Counted from the first letter of the stretch, positions 1 to 9,855 are shown. The stretch is 48,862 bases of DNA from an uncultured Saprospiraceae bacterium (GCA_934699305.1 CAKUWM010000001.1:1-48862); one strand, 5' to 3'. The notes: generated by a model from the letters alone, not told the origin. Numbers and translations are program-made.

Positions 1-1877
1 GGTGAATAAATCATACAGTATCCTTGTCCTCCAATTACCGGTCCTTGTGATACTAATGAGAATGTATATGCTCCTGTCACTGGTACTGTAAATGCTGTTA
101 ACTCATATGGGTGGCTTCCTGCAACTGCAGATCCTGCTCCAAAGTTATAACAGCTTCCATTAAATCCTGTAGAGGTTGGATCTGTCCAGTCTAATGTGCC
201 CGCTATTACACCAGTCTCCTGTACACATCCGTCACAATCGATGGTTGGTGGTATCTTATCTTCTACCAATACCCATCCCCAACAACGGTTGCCGTTAGGT
301 GCTGTTACCTGTACTGCCAATGTCTGGCCTATGTTGTTACATGTTACTGTGTTACCTAAGTTGAATGGTCCTGTCATTGATGTACCCAATGCAACCACAT
401 AGTTGTCATAACATCCATAAGGTCCACCTTCCAAAACCATATCAGCATTGATTGTTGCTGTACAGCTCTCAGGATCTACTGATACGTGTACTAGGTCATT
501 ACATACCATTGATGTAACCGGATTTGGATATGCATTAACCACTACGTTAAAACAGCAGTTGTCTATCTCTTCTCCGTTCTCATCATATAATACGAAACAG
601 TTCTCTGTCGTTCCGATTGGAAACTCTGATCCGCTTTCCAAACCAGATGTCTGTACAATTGTAGTACCAGGTATCTCACCGATCAATCTTTGAATCAAGT
701 GGTAGCTACCTATTCCCAATGAGTTATAGTCTGTAGGAATGTTGTTACCCAATCCACAGTTTGCAGGAGATGTACTGATATAAGAGATTCCTGTCTGTCC
801 TGAGAATGAACATCCTGTTGACCATGGTGAATCACCAGCTGGTCTTCTTTGTTCAACAACAAACTTTGTACCAGCCGGAATAGATACCGGTGTAGTCAAG
901 TTGATGGTCTTCTTACCAAATGTTGTAAAGGTTGTATTAGCAGATTGTCCTATCAAGGTCATTTGTGCCGTATTCAATGTAGATCCACCAAGGGCACCTG
1001 TATATGAATACACAAATATCTGACAGTGTAGGTTAGTACCATATCCTTGGTTATAGAATGCAACCTCAACCGCATTCAAATTGAATGCTTGCGTCTGTGC
1101 AGGATACGCTCTCCAGTGGCTACCACCGGTTGTACCAGCAGAGCTTGAACAGTCGATACCGTCTTGTACAGGAGCCGTTCCTACGTTTTGTGTCAAGTTG
1201 AAAGGCAAGAATGGTGTACATCCACCCTGTGCAAATACAGAATAATGGATAAATGCTGAACACTCTCCTCCACCTAATGTAGTATAGATGTCACCGGGAC
1301 ATACAATAGTACATGGTGTAGTGTCACCAACTGGTGGTGGTGGAGCACCCAATACAGTAAATGTATAATCTTCAAACTCACCATAAGTATGGTTGGTAGC
1401 ACATGGTGCTACAGATCCGGTAGCACTCAACCAGTGGTTAACAACACGCATTCTGGTTGCACCAAGAGTAGCTGTTAAAGGAACAGTTATTGTACCTGAT
1501 TGTGAGCTTAAATAGCTTGAAGACTGCCAAGCTACTTCAGTAACCGGATCAAAAGTACCATCGTGGTTCCAGTCAACCCAAATTCTACCACCATAAGTAT
1601 CGGCTTCCGTAAATTCCATAAGAAAATCTACACTTCCTCCCTGGATTTGACTTACTCCTCCAATAGTTGTGAAGTTGCCATAACCACCAGCAGAATAACC
1701 TGAATTTAGGTTAGAGATGTTAGTGACACCCAGTGTAGTAGTAAAGTTATTTATACCCCCCCAGTTATCAACACCACCCGGAGTACAATAATTTTGCGCT
1801 CCCGCGGTTTGCCAGGTTAGTAAAGATAGCATCACGATAAAACATGACGCTACTATTTTGTTAATCTTTATATTCAT
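1..1877 (-). CDS. Large secreted surface protein, N-terminal part only (the ORF runs off the left edge): signal peptide, GEVED domain, HYR/Ig-like modules
   Basis: Absent from the ORF track because no stop codon lies in the window. My translation of the minus strand from the ATG at 1877 reads MNIKINKIVASCFIVMLSLLTWQTAGAQNYCTPGGVDNWGGINNFTT...GGRIWVDWNHDGTFDP...GATRMRVVNHW...CATNHTYGEFEDYTFTVLGAPPPP. That is a signal peptide followed by the GEVED pattern (C.P ... WVDWN.DG.F ... TRMRV ... YGE.EDY). Further on, GTTENCFVLYDENGEEIDNCCFNVVV looks HYR-like. I checked that the frame is open for 1-120 and 1201-1877. The only competing ORFs in this 1.9 kb are two short plus-strand ones. Confidence 0.75.
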   Translation of the reverse strand, partial: MNIKINKIVASCFIVMLSLLTWQTAGAQNYCTPGGVDNWGGINNFTTTLGVTNISNLNSGYSAGGYGNFTTIGGVSQIQGGSVDFLMEFTEADTYGGRIWVDWNHDGTFDPVTEVAWQSSSYLSSQSGTITVPLTATLGATRMRVVNHWLSATGSVAPCATNHTYGEFEDYTFTVLGAPPPPVGDTTPCTIVCPGDIYTTLGGGECSAFIHYSVFAQGGCTPFLPFNLTQNVGTAPVQDGIDCSSSAGTTGGSHWRAYPAQTQAFNLNAVEVAFYNQGYGTNLHCQIFVYSYTGALGGSTLNTAQMTLIGQSANTTFTTFGKKTINLTTPVSIPAGTKFVVEQRRPAGDSPWSTGCSFSGQTGISYISTSPANCGLGNNIPTDYNSLGIGSYHLIQRLIGEIPGTTIVQTSGLESGSEFPIGTTENCFVLYDENGEEIDNCCFNVVVNAYPNPVTSMVCNDLVHVSVDPESCTATINADMVLEGGPYGCYDNYVVALGTSMTGPFNLGNTVTCNNIGQTLAVQVTAPNGNRCWGWVLVEDKIPPTIDCDGCVQETGVIAGTLDWTDPTSTGFNGSCYNFGAGSAVAGSHPYELTAFTVPVTGAYTFSLVSQGPVIGGQGYCMIYS

Positions 1878-1921
1878 AGGTCTATTAATAATTTCGTTAA
1901 ATATTTTTACTTGCATTTAGA

Positions 1922-2377
1922 TTAAAATCTATTAATCAAATCGTTATACGTATTCTTGATAAACTGATTCGTGATAGCAGAATTGTTAATCTTTGTGCTT
2001 GCAGTAAGTAATCTCGTTACAGTAGTAATTTCCGGAGCTACAGAATACTGCATATCTTCCAGAATATTCGTGTAATAAACAAGTCTATACAGATCCTGCG
2101 GATTGCTTGTATAGATGTTTATTAATGCAAGACGTTGTGTTACAACGCTTTTAACCTTGGCAATATCCCAAGAGTTAAATGGCTTCAGTTCTACACCAAG
2201 CTTCGCAGCAGTAACAGCTACTTCAGACTTTGGATCAGGTAGATTACTTTTGCTTAAACCTGACTGGGCATTAATGCCATTATTTGCTACAACTACAAAC
2301 AATAACATCATAACCACTGACAACAGCCCGTTGGAAAACATCCTTGCGCTTTTGTTTTTAAAAGAAATGTTTTGCAT
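1922..2377 (-). CDS. Hypothetical secreted or membrane-anchored protein, 44 bp upstream of the large surface-protein gene on the same strand
   Basis: 151-aa ORF with an N-terminal hydrophobic segment, LLSVVMMLLFVVVANNGINAQ. An alternative start is the Met at 2341. I recognise no family motif. Confidence 0.5.
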   Translation of the reverse strand: MQNISFKNKSARMFSNGLLSVVMMLLFVVVANNGINAQSGLSKSNLPDPKSEVAVTAAKLGVELKPFNSWDIAKVKSVVTQRLALINIYTSNPQDLYRLVYYTNILEDMQYSVAPEITTVTRLLTASTKINNSAITNQFIKNTYNDLINRF

Positions 2378-3180
2378 ACTTTTAGTTTTGGTTAATAAAA
2401 TTTGTTATAAAATAGGATTTAGTTTTTTATCATCTTATTTATTGCATCTAATTCTGTGCCAAATTTTCAATTTTATTAAATTATCTCATCCAATTATTCA
2501 CAAACAATTGAATATCAAATACTTAAATTTGAATAATTTTTAACGAATTAATCTTACAATAATGGTTATAAGCTCGAATGCATACAAATACATCGATTCC
2601 AGTGTAGTAGTCTTACGGATGAGAGTCTCCTTGAAGTTAAAATCAAAGGCAAATGTAAGTTGTATTGTTTATTAAAAAAAATATATTGCTTAAATTATTT
2701 TTTCCAATATTAATAATTATTGAAAGAAATAAGGCTGTCACCTCATTAGAGCTTATTATAATTTACCTACATTCATTTTAATGCCACAGAAGTATCTTTA
2801 AACAATTGTAAACTAACTGAATGTTCAGGTGGAAAATGTATCAAAAGGTAATATGCAGTTACTTGTGATTTAGATAGTTAGAATTTAGTGGTGTAAAGGA
2901 TACATCGTAAATTTAGCAAATAAGCTGCAAGGCAATTCGGCGTTAAATAAGGATTATCTAACTATAATGGTTATGCTAATTCCGTTGCATCCTTTAAACC
3001 CAAATTCATATAAAGCCACATTCGTGTCCATAATATGAATTCAGGTTAAACATACATGATTAACTCATTCGGAGATTTTATATAATAGTAGAATCTCACA
3101 ACAGGAGTAAGAACCAAGAATTCTATAATAAAAAGGTTCAATTTTCAATTAAAATACAATTCTCAACTAAATATCATGAA

Positions 3181-3222
3181 ACTTCAATTCTCCATTCTCC
3201 ATTCTCCATTCTCAATTCTCAC
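3181..3222. repeat. Heptanucleotide tandem repeat (microsatellite), about 6 units
   Basis: Direct read: acttcaa TTCTCCA TTCTCCA TTCTCCA TTCTCAA TTCTCAC. Three units are perfect (3188-3208) and they are flanked by degenerate units. The repeat is intergenic. Confidence 0.85.
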
Positions 3223-3264
3223 TTATTAGGCATAATTTATGAACAATCACAAATTTTTATGAAA

Positions 3265-3438
3265 TCATCCAATTAATTCAACACAATATTGAGGGGTCTC
3301 ATTATTAGCATTTGATACTAATTTAGAAGCTTTAACTTTGATAATCACTTCTTTGTCACTTTGACTTCTTTTATAAATCAATAAAATAATCGTACATAAT
3401 ACTAGAGCGATTCCGGCAATTTTTAAAATTTGCTTCAT
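3265..3438 (-). CDS. Possible small membrane protein (57 aa), below the ORF-track size cutoff
   Basis: My translation is MKQILKIAGIALVLCTIILLIYKRSQSDKEVIIKVKASKLVSNANNETPQYCVELIG*. It has one clear hydrophobic helix. It is the only candidate ORF I found in the noncoding stretch 2378-3759. I have no homology evidence. Confidence 0.25.
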   Translation of the reverse strand: MKQILKIAGIALVLCTIILLIYKRSQSDKEVIIKVKASKLVSNANNETPQYCVELIG

Positions 3439-3697
3439 CGTGGTTTTAAAATAATGTTCAAAAAAGGATTACAATCAATATAAACGAGTACGGAAATTTG
3501 CTTTACCAACATGTCTATTTTTGTAAAACTCAATTTTCTAAAATATTATTGTGTAGCCGGAATATAATTTTCACAATTCGTTTTACATTTCATTACTATA
3601 ATTTATAAAATAAGAGTTTGTGAGACATTCAAAGTCCAAAATATCCTTTTTATTCTCATCATTTTTTTTGATTCTACAATTATTTACAAAATCACTG

Positions 3698-3705
3698 TAT
3701 ATTTG
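3698..3705 (+). promoter_or_regulatory. Putative Bacteroidota -7 promoter box (TAnnTTTG) for the S8 peptidase gene
   Basis: TATATTTG lies 55 nt upstream of the ATG at 3760. This is a motif match only. Confidence 0.3.
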
Positions 3706-3759
3706 GGAGTTTTATTTTCATTATTTTTATAATGTCCTTTTTTATAAACAATCAGCGTT

Positions 3760-6666
3760 ATGCTTCGACAAGTCTTTACTTTTATTATTATATTCTTGAT
3801 TTCATCTGTAATAGCTCAGGGTCAGTCCTTTGTAAAAGGTCAACTTATTGTTTTTTTACAAGACAAAGCAACTATTGCCCAATTTGAATCCGAGCTAAAC
3901 GCCAATGGTAGAAAATCCAACATTGATGTCTTCCGTCAACTATCAAAATCATTGCCTATCTTTTTAATCGAATCCAAAGATTTCGATGGCAATGAAGTCA
4001 ATATAGCCAAACGTGTTTCATCATTTTCTACGGTTCGCCTTGCACAGGTAAATCATTATGTTTCAAAAAGAAATACTACACCTAACGACCTTCGCTATCC
4101 GGATCAATGGCAATGGAACAACTCCGGAGGTAACAACGGTGTCGCAGGCGCTGACGTTAGTGCCGAAAAAGCTTGGGATATCACCACAGGTGGTTTAACC
4201 GCTTCAGGCGACACTATTGTTGTATGTGTCGTGGATGATGGCACGGACATCAATCACGAAGATCTTGCATCTAATATGTGGTATAATAAGGGTGAAATCC
4301 CTGGCAATAATATTGATGACGACAATAATGGCTACATAGATGATATAAATGGATGGAATTGTTGGCTAGAAAACGGAGAGGTAAACTCAGGAAACCACGG
4401 AGTCAACGTAAATGGTATGATCGGAGCTATCGGCAATAACGATCTTGGTGTGACCGGTATCAACTGGAATGTTAAAATCATGAACGTCGTATATGCCTCT
4501 GTAACAGAAGATGCTGTTATAGAAAGTTATGATTATGCTCTGCAAAGTCGCTTGCTATATAATTCCTCCAATGGCACAAAAGGAGCTTTTATTGTTGCCG
4601 TCAACTCATCTTGGGGCCTTGATTATGGCAAGCCTGCTGACGCCCCCATTTGGTGTAACTTTTATGACATCATGGGAGAAGCAGGCATCCTCAATGTCGC
4701 TGCTACATCCAATGGAAACATTGATGTTGATAAAGATGGTGACTTACCTACAGCTTGTCCTAGCCAGTATCTAATTTCTGTCGGTCGTACGACAAGGACA
4801 GACACTTATGACAAGTGCGGATATGGCCCTATTAATATTGATTTGGGGGCACCGGGGGTCAACATTGTCACAACACGGTCAAAAAACAGATATACAACCA
4901 CATCGGGCACTTCGTTTGCTTCACCTTTAGTAGCGGGTATGGTAGCATTGCTCTATTCTTACCCTTGTCAAGGTGTTGCAACCCTTATGCACAAAGATTA
5001 TCCAACATTCGCCCTCGCTGTGAAAAATGCTATTATAAATGGCGTCGATGTGATTCCTTCCTATGCAGAAAAATGCTTGTCCGGAGGTCGTTCAAACGCA
5101 TTTAAATCACTTGAATTAGTTGGTTTATTATGCGCAGCTTGTCAACCGGATATCGTTGCCGGTCTCACATATATCGATCAAAATATCTATCAGGTCACCT
5201 TCTCCAATGATGAAAATCAAAAAAATCTAAGATATAGACCATCAGGTGTTGCAGATTGGACAGAGATTCAAAACGTTACTTCCCCTACAACCATCGAGTT
5301 GACACTTAAATGTACTAATTATGAGTTTCAAATGCAAACAATCTGTGATAATGACACCAGCGCCTGGGGGCCAACTAAGACCTTAAAATCAGCACGATGC
5401 TGCACTTCTTTGGATAATATATCTTTTTTTACCGATAACAACGGCAACTTAAACATCGCACATGTTGACCTCAATCAAGATGTTAATTCAGTCATATATT
5501 ATAAGGAATCAGATAGTACCGATTATCTACAACTGGAAGCAAGTCAAGATACTGTTGTTCTTGATTTCTTGAAAGAATGTACTTTCTATGATGTTTATGT
5601 AAGTGCATTGTGTATCGATAGCTCTACAGTCAAAAGTAATGTCTATCATATCTTTTCATCTTGTAATTCTACATGCGGAGAACTTTCTTGTAAACCAGGC
5701 ACCAATGCCCAATCCGGATATATCGACAATTTTACGATGAATAACATTGTCTCCCAAACGGGTGATAACAATGGTTATATTAATTATGGAGACCACCTTA
5801 AATTGACAGCTCCGGATAACGGACCATTCCAAAATACCATTAATATCAAAAGAAACCAATCCGGTTCAGCTCGAATTCGATTGTATATAGACTATAACAA
5901 TGACGGCGATCTCGCTGCCGGAGAATTGTTCTGGGAACAAACTTTAGGCGGCAATAATAAACAAGTATCCTTTACTCATGACTTTTATAATGCATTGCCT
6001 CCAGGTACTTATAAAATGAGGATGATGCTGTTATTTAATTCCTCCAATGGTCCTTGTGATGCAGATCAAGGTGAAGCAGAAGATTATTGCTTAACTATTT
6101 TCCATGCCCTTTACAACGAATGTGATGCTGTAGAATCTATCAAAGAGAGTAATAAAACATTTACTTCTATTGATTTGAGTTGGGAAAAGCCACAAGAAGA
6201 AGCTATAGCATACGTATATAGATATAAAGAACTGCCCGCAGGTGAATATACTTACCTTTCAGATACTGCCCATAAGATTACCATAAAAAATCTGAAAACA
6301 TGTACAGACTATGAGTTTGGTATATATACTGTATGCTTTACTGATTCCAGTAATTTCAAAACAATACAATTTAAAACTCAATGTACCAATGCTACGAATG
6401 ACTTAGCCCATGGAATACAGTGGAAGGTCTTCCCTAATCCATTTATAGACCATATCAGTGTTATCCTTACTTCATACAAATATGGAGAAGGATACCTTAG
6501 ACTGACGGATGCCGGCGGAAAGATTGTGTATAATCAAAAAATAATATTAACCGTAGGTGACCATTATGTGGATTTAGATACAGAAAACAATCTGGTTCCT
6601 GGTGTTTACATCCTGACACTTATGGATGGAAATGGCATCAAATCAACCAAGTTAATCAAACAGTAA
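3760..6666 (+). CDS. Subtilisin-like S8 serine peptidase with FN3-like modules, a GEVED domain and a T9SS type A C-terminal sorting domain
   Basis: Catalytic triad contexts are VCVVDDGTD (Asp), SGNHGVNVNGMIGA (His) and GTSFASPLVAG (Ser), with NSSWG for the oxyanion Asn. The GEVED-like block reads SCKPG...RIRLYIDYNNDGD...YKMRMML...GEAEDYCLTI. The C-terminus WKVFPNPFIDHISV...GVYILTLMDGNGIKSTKLIKQ is a typical Por secretion tail. An N-terminal signal peptide is present. Confidence 0.9.
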   Translation: MLRQVFTFIIIFLISSVIAQGQSFVKGQLIVFLQDKATIAQFESELNANGRKSNIDVFRQLSKSLPIFLIESKDFDGNEVNIAKRVSSFSTVRLAQVNHYVSKRNTTPNDLRYPDQWQWNNSGGNNGVAGADVSAEKAWDITTGGLTASGDTIVVCVVDDGTDINHEDLASNMWYNKGEIPGNNIDDDNNGYIDDINGWNCWLENGEVNSGNHGVNVNGMIGAIGNNDLGVTGINWNVKIMNVVYASVTEDAVIESYDYALQSRLLYNSSNGTKGAFIVAVNSSWGLDYGKPADAPIWCNFYDIMGEAGILNVAATSNGNIDVDKDGDLPTACPSQYLISVGRTTRTDTYDKCGYGPINIDLGAPGVNIVTTRSKNRYTTTSGTSFASPLVAGMVALLYSYPCQGVATLMHKDYPTFALAVKNAIINGVDVIPSYAEKCLSGGRSNAFKSLELVGLLCAACQPDIVAGLTYIDQNIYQVTFSNDENQKNLRYRPSGVADWTEIQNVTSPTTIELTLKCTNYEFQMQTICDNDTSAWGPTKTLKSARCCTSLDNISFFTDNNGNLNIAHVDLNQDVNSVIYYKESDSTDYLQLEASQDTVVLDFLKECTFYDVYVSALCIDSSTVKSNVYHIFSSCNSTCGELSCKPGTNAQSGYIDNFTMNNIVSQTGDNNGYINYGDHLKLTAPDNGPFQNTINIKRNQSGSARIRLYIDYNNDGDLAAGELFWEQTLGGNNKQVSFTHDFYNALPPGTYKMRMMLLFNSSNGPCDADQGEAEDYCLTIFHALYNECDAVESIKESNKTFTSIDLSWEKPQEEAIAYVYRYKELPAGEYTYLSDTAHKITIKNLKTCTDYEFGIYTVCFTDSSNFKTIQFKTQCTNATNDLAHGIQWKVFPNPFIDHISVILTSYKYGEGYLRLTDAGGKIVYNQKIILTVGDHYVDLDTENNLVPGVYILTLMDGNGIKSTKLIKQ

Positions 6667-6686
6667 GACAATAGATTAAAATATAG

Positions 6687-6720
6687 AAGCCGGCTAAAAT
6701 ACACATAGTCGGCTTTTTTT
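6687..6720 (+). terminator. Rho-independent terminator after the S8 peptidase gene
   Basis: The stem is AAGCCGGCT / AGTCGGCTT (9 bp with one G-T pair), the loop is aaaatacacat, and a T7 run follows. Confidence 0.6.
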
Positions 6721-6892
6721 ATACCGTTTTTTTCGTCATACTTTTATCTTAAATCATATTAAAGGCAAAAATATTGTCTTTAACCCACATGCAGCATTAG
6801 AAAATACTGAATCGATACCCGATGAGGACAACGGGACATTTTTCATAATTACTCCAGTTTTGAAAAACCTCAACTGTTGACCTCGAACTTCT

Positions 6893-7885
6893 TTACGCAC
6901 CAATCCATTCAAGGGCATTTTTCCACATTAGCTTATCTTTCAAACTCTGAGGATAATCTGATTCATTAATAAATTTTCCACCGGTCAAATCGCCTAATGG
7001 AAATGGATAATCCGAACCAAATGCTATCCTGTTTTGTCCAAAAAGTTGGATATTATAATCCAATGCCTTTTTATCATGAACCAGAGAATCTACCCAAAAG
7101 TGACCTAAATAAGTATCCGGAGACACTTTGTGGTCTATTGCTACCAAATCAGGTCTAACGTCAAACCCATGTTTAATTCGACCTATCGTAAAAGGAAAGG
7201 AGCCTCCGCCATGCGCAAATGCAAATCTCAGTTTAGGAAATTGCCCAAACACTCCACCAAAGATTAATGAACAAATAGCCAAGGATGATTCCGCAGGCAT
7301 TCCAACCAACCAGGGCAACCAATATCTCTCCATTTTTTCCTTCGCCATCATATCCCATGGATGTACGAAGATGCAAGCATTTAACTCTTCCGCTTTTTTA
7401 TAAAATGGAAATAATGCTTTTTCATTGAGATTCCAATCGTTGATGTGTGTGCCAATCTCTACTCCCACCATACCCAATTCTTTGATACACCTTTCTAACT
7501 CTCTGCACGCCAGATCAACATCCTGCATAGGCAATGTTCCAAGACCATAAAACTTGTCCGGATGCTTACTACTTACATCCGCAATATGATCATTATAATA
7601 CCTTGAAGTATCATATCCATCAACTGCCTTTGCCCAATAGTTAAACAATACCGGAACGGTGGACAATACTTGTTTTTTTATACCTGTCTCAACCATCTCC
7701 TTATGGCGCTCATCGGCAGACCAGCAGTTGGACTCAACCTTCCTGAAAAATCTATCCCCTATCATCATATTGGCCTGACAACTATTTTCAGGCTCTAAAT
7801 GAATAAATCCACTATAGCCAAATTTCTTTGCCCAATTAGGTATCGTGGGTGGTAGGATGTGTGTATGAATATCAATATGGCACAT
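6893..7885 (-). CDS. 2-amino-3-carboxymuconate-6-semialdehyde decarboxylase (ACMSD), amidohydrolase superfamily
   Basis: Motifs are IDIHTHILP near the N-terminus, YWLPWLVGMPAESS, FAHGGGSFPFTIGRIKHGFDVRPDL and GSDYPFPLG. These are near-collinear with animal ACMSD as I remember it. I place the start at the Met of MCHIDIHTH (7885) rather than the track start at 7924. Confidence 0.88.
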   Translation of the reverse strand: MCHIDIHTHILPPTIPNWAKKFGYSGFIHLEPENSCQANMMIGDRFFRKVESNCWSADERHKEMVETGIKKQVLSTVPVLFNYWAKAVDGYDTSRYYNDHIADVSSKHPDKFYGLGTLPMQDVDLACRELERCIKELGMVGVEIGTHINDWNLNEKALFPFYKKAEELNACIFVHPWDMMAKEKMERYWLPWLVGMPAESSLAICSLIFGGVFGQFPKLRFAFAHGGGSFPFTIGRIKHGFDVRPDLVAIDHKVSPDTYLGHFWVDSLVHDKKALDYNIQLFGQNRIAFGSDYPFPLGDLTGGKFINESDYPQSLKDKLMWKNALEWIGA

Positions 7886-8380
7886 AAAAACAGAGTTATA
7901 ATAACACAGAAAACCACTTATCAAAAGTCAGTTAATTTGATTCCGAGGAATGCTGATATTAGTAAACATAGCAAATAATAAGAATAGAAAATATTCCTAT
8001 CTCACACTTACAAAGTTAGTAAAATAGTGACAATTACCATGATTTATCCAGGTATTTGGTAATCTATCAATTAATGGATTGAAATAAAAATGAAAGAGAA
8101 ATTTATTATACACACATAAAAAAACGGTTATGCTTCTTCCTACCCATAGGTTAAATAACACACAAAAACACAGATGTTCATCGTTGTTCACAACTAACCA
8201 TTAACAAAGGGAAACCTGATTTAGCCTACACCTTATCTTTAATCTTTAATACTCAAGACCACATATATTCAAGTCAATTTTATATATCATGATTTATATT
8301 TATACCATACTGCTATATGTAGAAATAAAAATAAAATTGTGTATCTTGTCGCAAAATCAATTTAACCTCATCTTATAAAT

Positions 8381-9853
8381 ATGGAAAATAATTTAAGTTT
8401 TAAGGAAAGGAATGAAAACACCTTGACAGAATGGCGCAATAAAGAGAAACTTGCATTGGATTTACTACAAATGGCGGGTGAGTTAAGATTTGACCGCTCA
8501 GTAGAATTAATTCTCTTTAGAAAAGATGTATATGATACCCAGCCAAGCCAACTGTTGAAACTACATCAAAACGCTTCTAACTATGGAGATGTCGCAGTAT
8601 CTATCGAAGATACCATGGCGATAACCAAAGAAATAGTTGCATTGCAAGACTTAAAGCAGGCCCGCTTAGACATAGGTACTCTTGCCATTCAATGGAATCA
8701 AAGCAAATCTCAATATAATAGCTTAACAGCCTTCGTTACCGAAAAACTAAATTCCGCAGATGGGGCACAGTCAGATGATATCCAACCCCGTGATGTCATT
8801 TTATACGGTTTCGGCCGAATAGGGCGTTTGGTTGCAAGGAGGCTGGTTGCTCAGACCGGACGTGGTGAGCAGCTCCGATTAAAAGCCATTGTTATCAGGC
8901 CTCAAATGAAGGATAGAAAGCAGGATGCCGAAAAAAGAGCAGCTTTACTACGTACCGACTCTGTACATGGTGAATTCGCTGGTTCTGTTGAAGTCAGCGA
9001 AGATGGTAGTGAACTCATTATCAATGGCAATAGAGTCCTTTTAATATATGTCGGTCATCCATCTGAGATAGACTATACTGCATTAGGCATCAACAATGCC
9101 TTAGTCATCGACAATACGGGGGTATTCAGGACCAAAGAAGATCTTGAACAGCATCTGCGTCCGGGCGTGAGCCACGTTATCCTTACTGCCCCGGGCAAAA
9201 AAATTCCTAATATTGTATATGGTGTAAACCATGATTCGATAGACTTTGACAATGACCAGGTACTGTGTGGTGCTTCCTGTACAACCAACGCCATCGTACC
9301 TCCTATTAAAGTGTTAGATGACGCATTTGGAATTCAAAAGGGACATGTTGAAACCATCCACTCTTATACCAGTGATCAAAATTTATTAGACAATTTCCAT
9401 AAAAAGCCACGAAGAGGTCGTGCTGCTGCCATTAATATGGTCATCACTAGTACCGGGGCTGCCGAAGCCATAACCGCTGTGTTACCATACTTAGATGGAA
9501 AAATTACAGGTAATGCGGTACGTGTTCCTACACCCAATGTATCTTTGGCCATCATCAATGTCAGTTTCGACAAACCGACCACCGTGGCAGAAGTAAATAG
9601 TTTACTAAAACAAGCGTCCCTCAACGGGCCATTAGCAGAACAGATTGGATTCTCCAATGATGCGGAATATGTCTCTTCCAACGGTGTCGGTATGACTACA
9701 GCTTGTGTCATTGACGGACCATCAACAATAGTATCCAATGACGGAAAGACCGTAACGGTCTATGCATGGTACGATAATGAGTTTGGTTATACTTGTCAGG
9801 TCGTAAGAGTCGCCAAGCATGTGGGTCAAGTGAGAAGGAAAACATATTATTAA
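8381..9853 (+). CDS. gap: Glyceraldehyde-3-phosphate dehydrogenase, long form with an N-terminal extension of about 130 aa
   Basis: The NAD-binding motif is YGFGRIGRLVARRL, the catalytic Cys context is ASCTTNAIVPP, and the C-terminal motif is WYDNEFGY. At 490 aa it is longer than the usual GAPDH of about 335 aa. Confidence 0.9.
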   Translation: MENNLSFKERNENTLTEWRNKEKLALDLLQMAGELRFDRSVELILFRKDVYDTQPSQLLKLHQNASNYGDVAVSIEDTMAITKEIVALQDLKQARLDIGTLAIQWNQSKSQYNSLTAFVTEKLNSADGAQSDDIQPRDVILYGFGRIGRLVARRLVAQTGRGEQLRLKAIVIRPQMKDRKQDAEKRAALLRTDSVHGEFAGSVEVSEDGSELIINGNRVLLIYVGHPSEIDYTALGINNALVIDNTGVFRTKEDLEQHLRPGVSHVILTAPGKKIPNIVYGVNHDSIDFDNDQVLCGASCTTNAIVPPIKVLDDAFGIQKGHVETIHSYTSDQNLLDNFHKKPRRGRAAAINMVITSTGAAEAITAVLPYLDGKITGNAVRVPTPNVSLAIINVSFDKPTTVAEVNSLLKQASLNGPLAEQIGFSNDAEYVSSNGVGMTTACVIDGPSTIVSNDGKTVTVYAWYDNEFGYTCQVVRVAKHVGQVRRKTYY

Positions 9854-9855
9854 TT

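Noticed and set aside
196-693. Two plus-strand ORFs (196-402 and 448-693) listed in the track.
   Set aside because: They lie inside the long minus-strand GEVED/HYR reading frame, which has a signal peptide and recognisable domains. They are short and have no motifs.
2115-2543. A 142-aa plus-strand ORF overlapping the 1922-2377 gene.
   Set aside because: It overlaps the better-supported minus-strand gene, which has a signal anchor, and it runs into AT-rich spacer. The sequence is low-complexity and Leu/Ile/Phe-rich, typical of AT-rich noise.
6757-6775. A 19-nt exact match, TATTAAAGGCAAAAATATT, shared with 35115-35133.
   Set aside because: The flanks diverge immediately on both sides. By my rough estimate a 19-mer match is only marginally unexpected between very AT-rich spacers. 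The two contexts differ: one is a convergent 3-prime region and the other a divergent promoter region. It is worth only a genome-wide word count.
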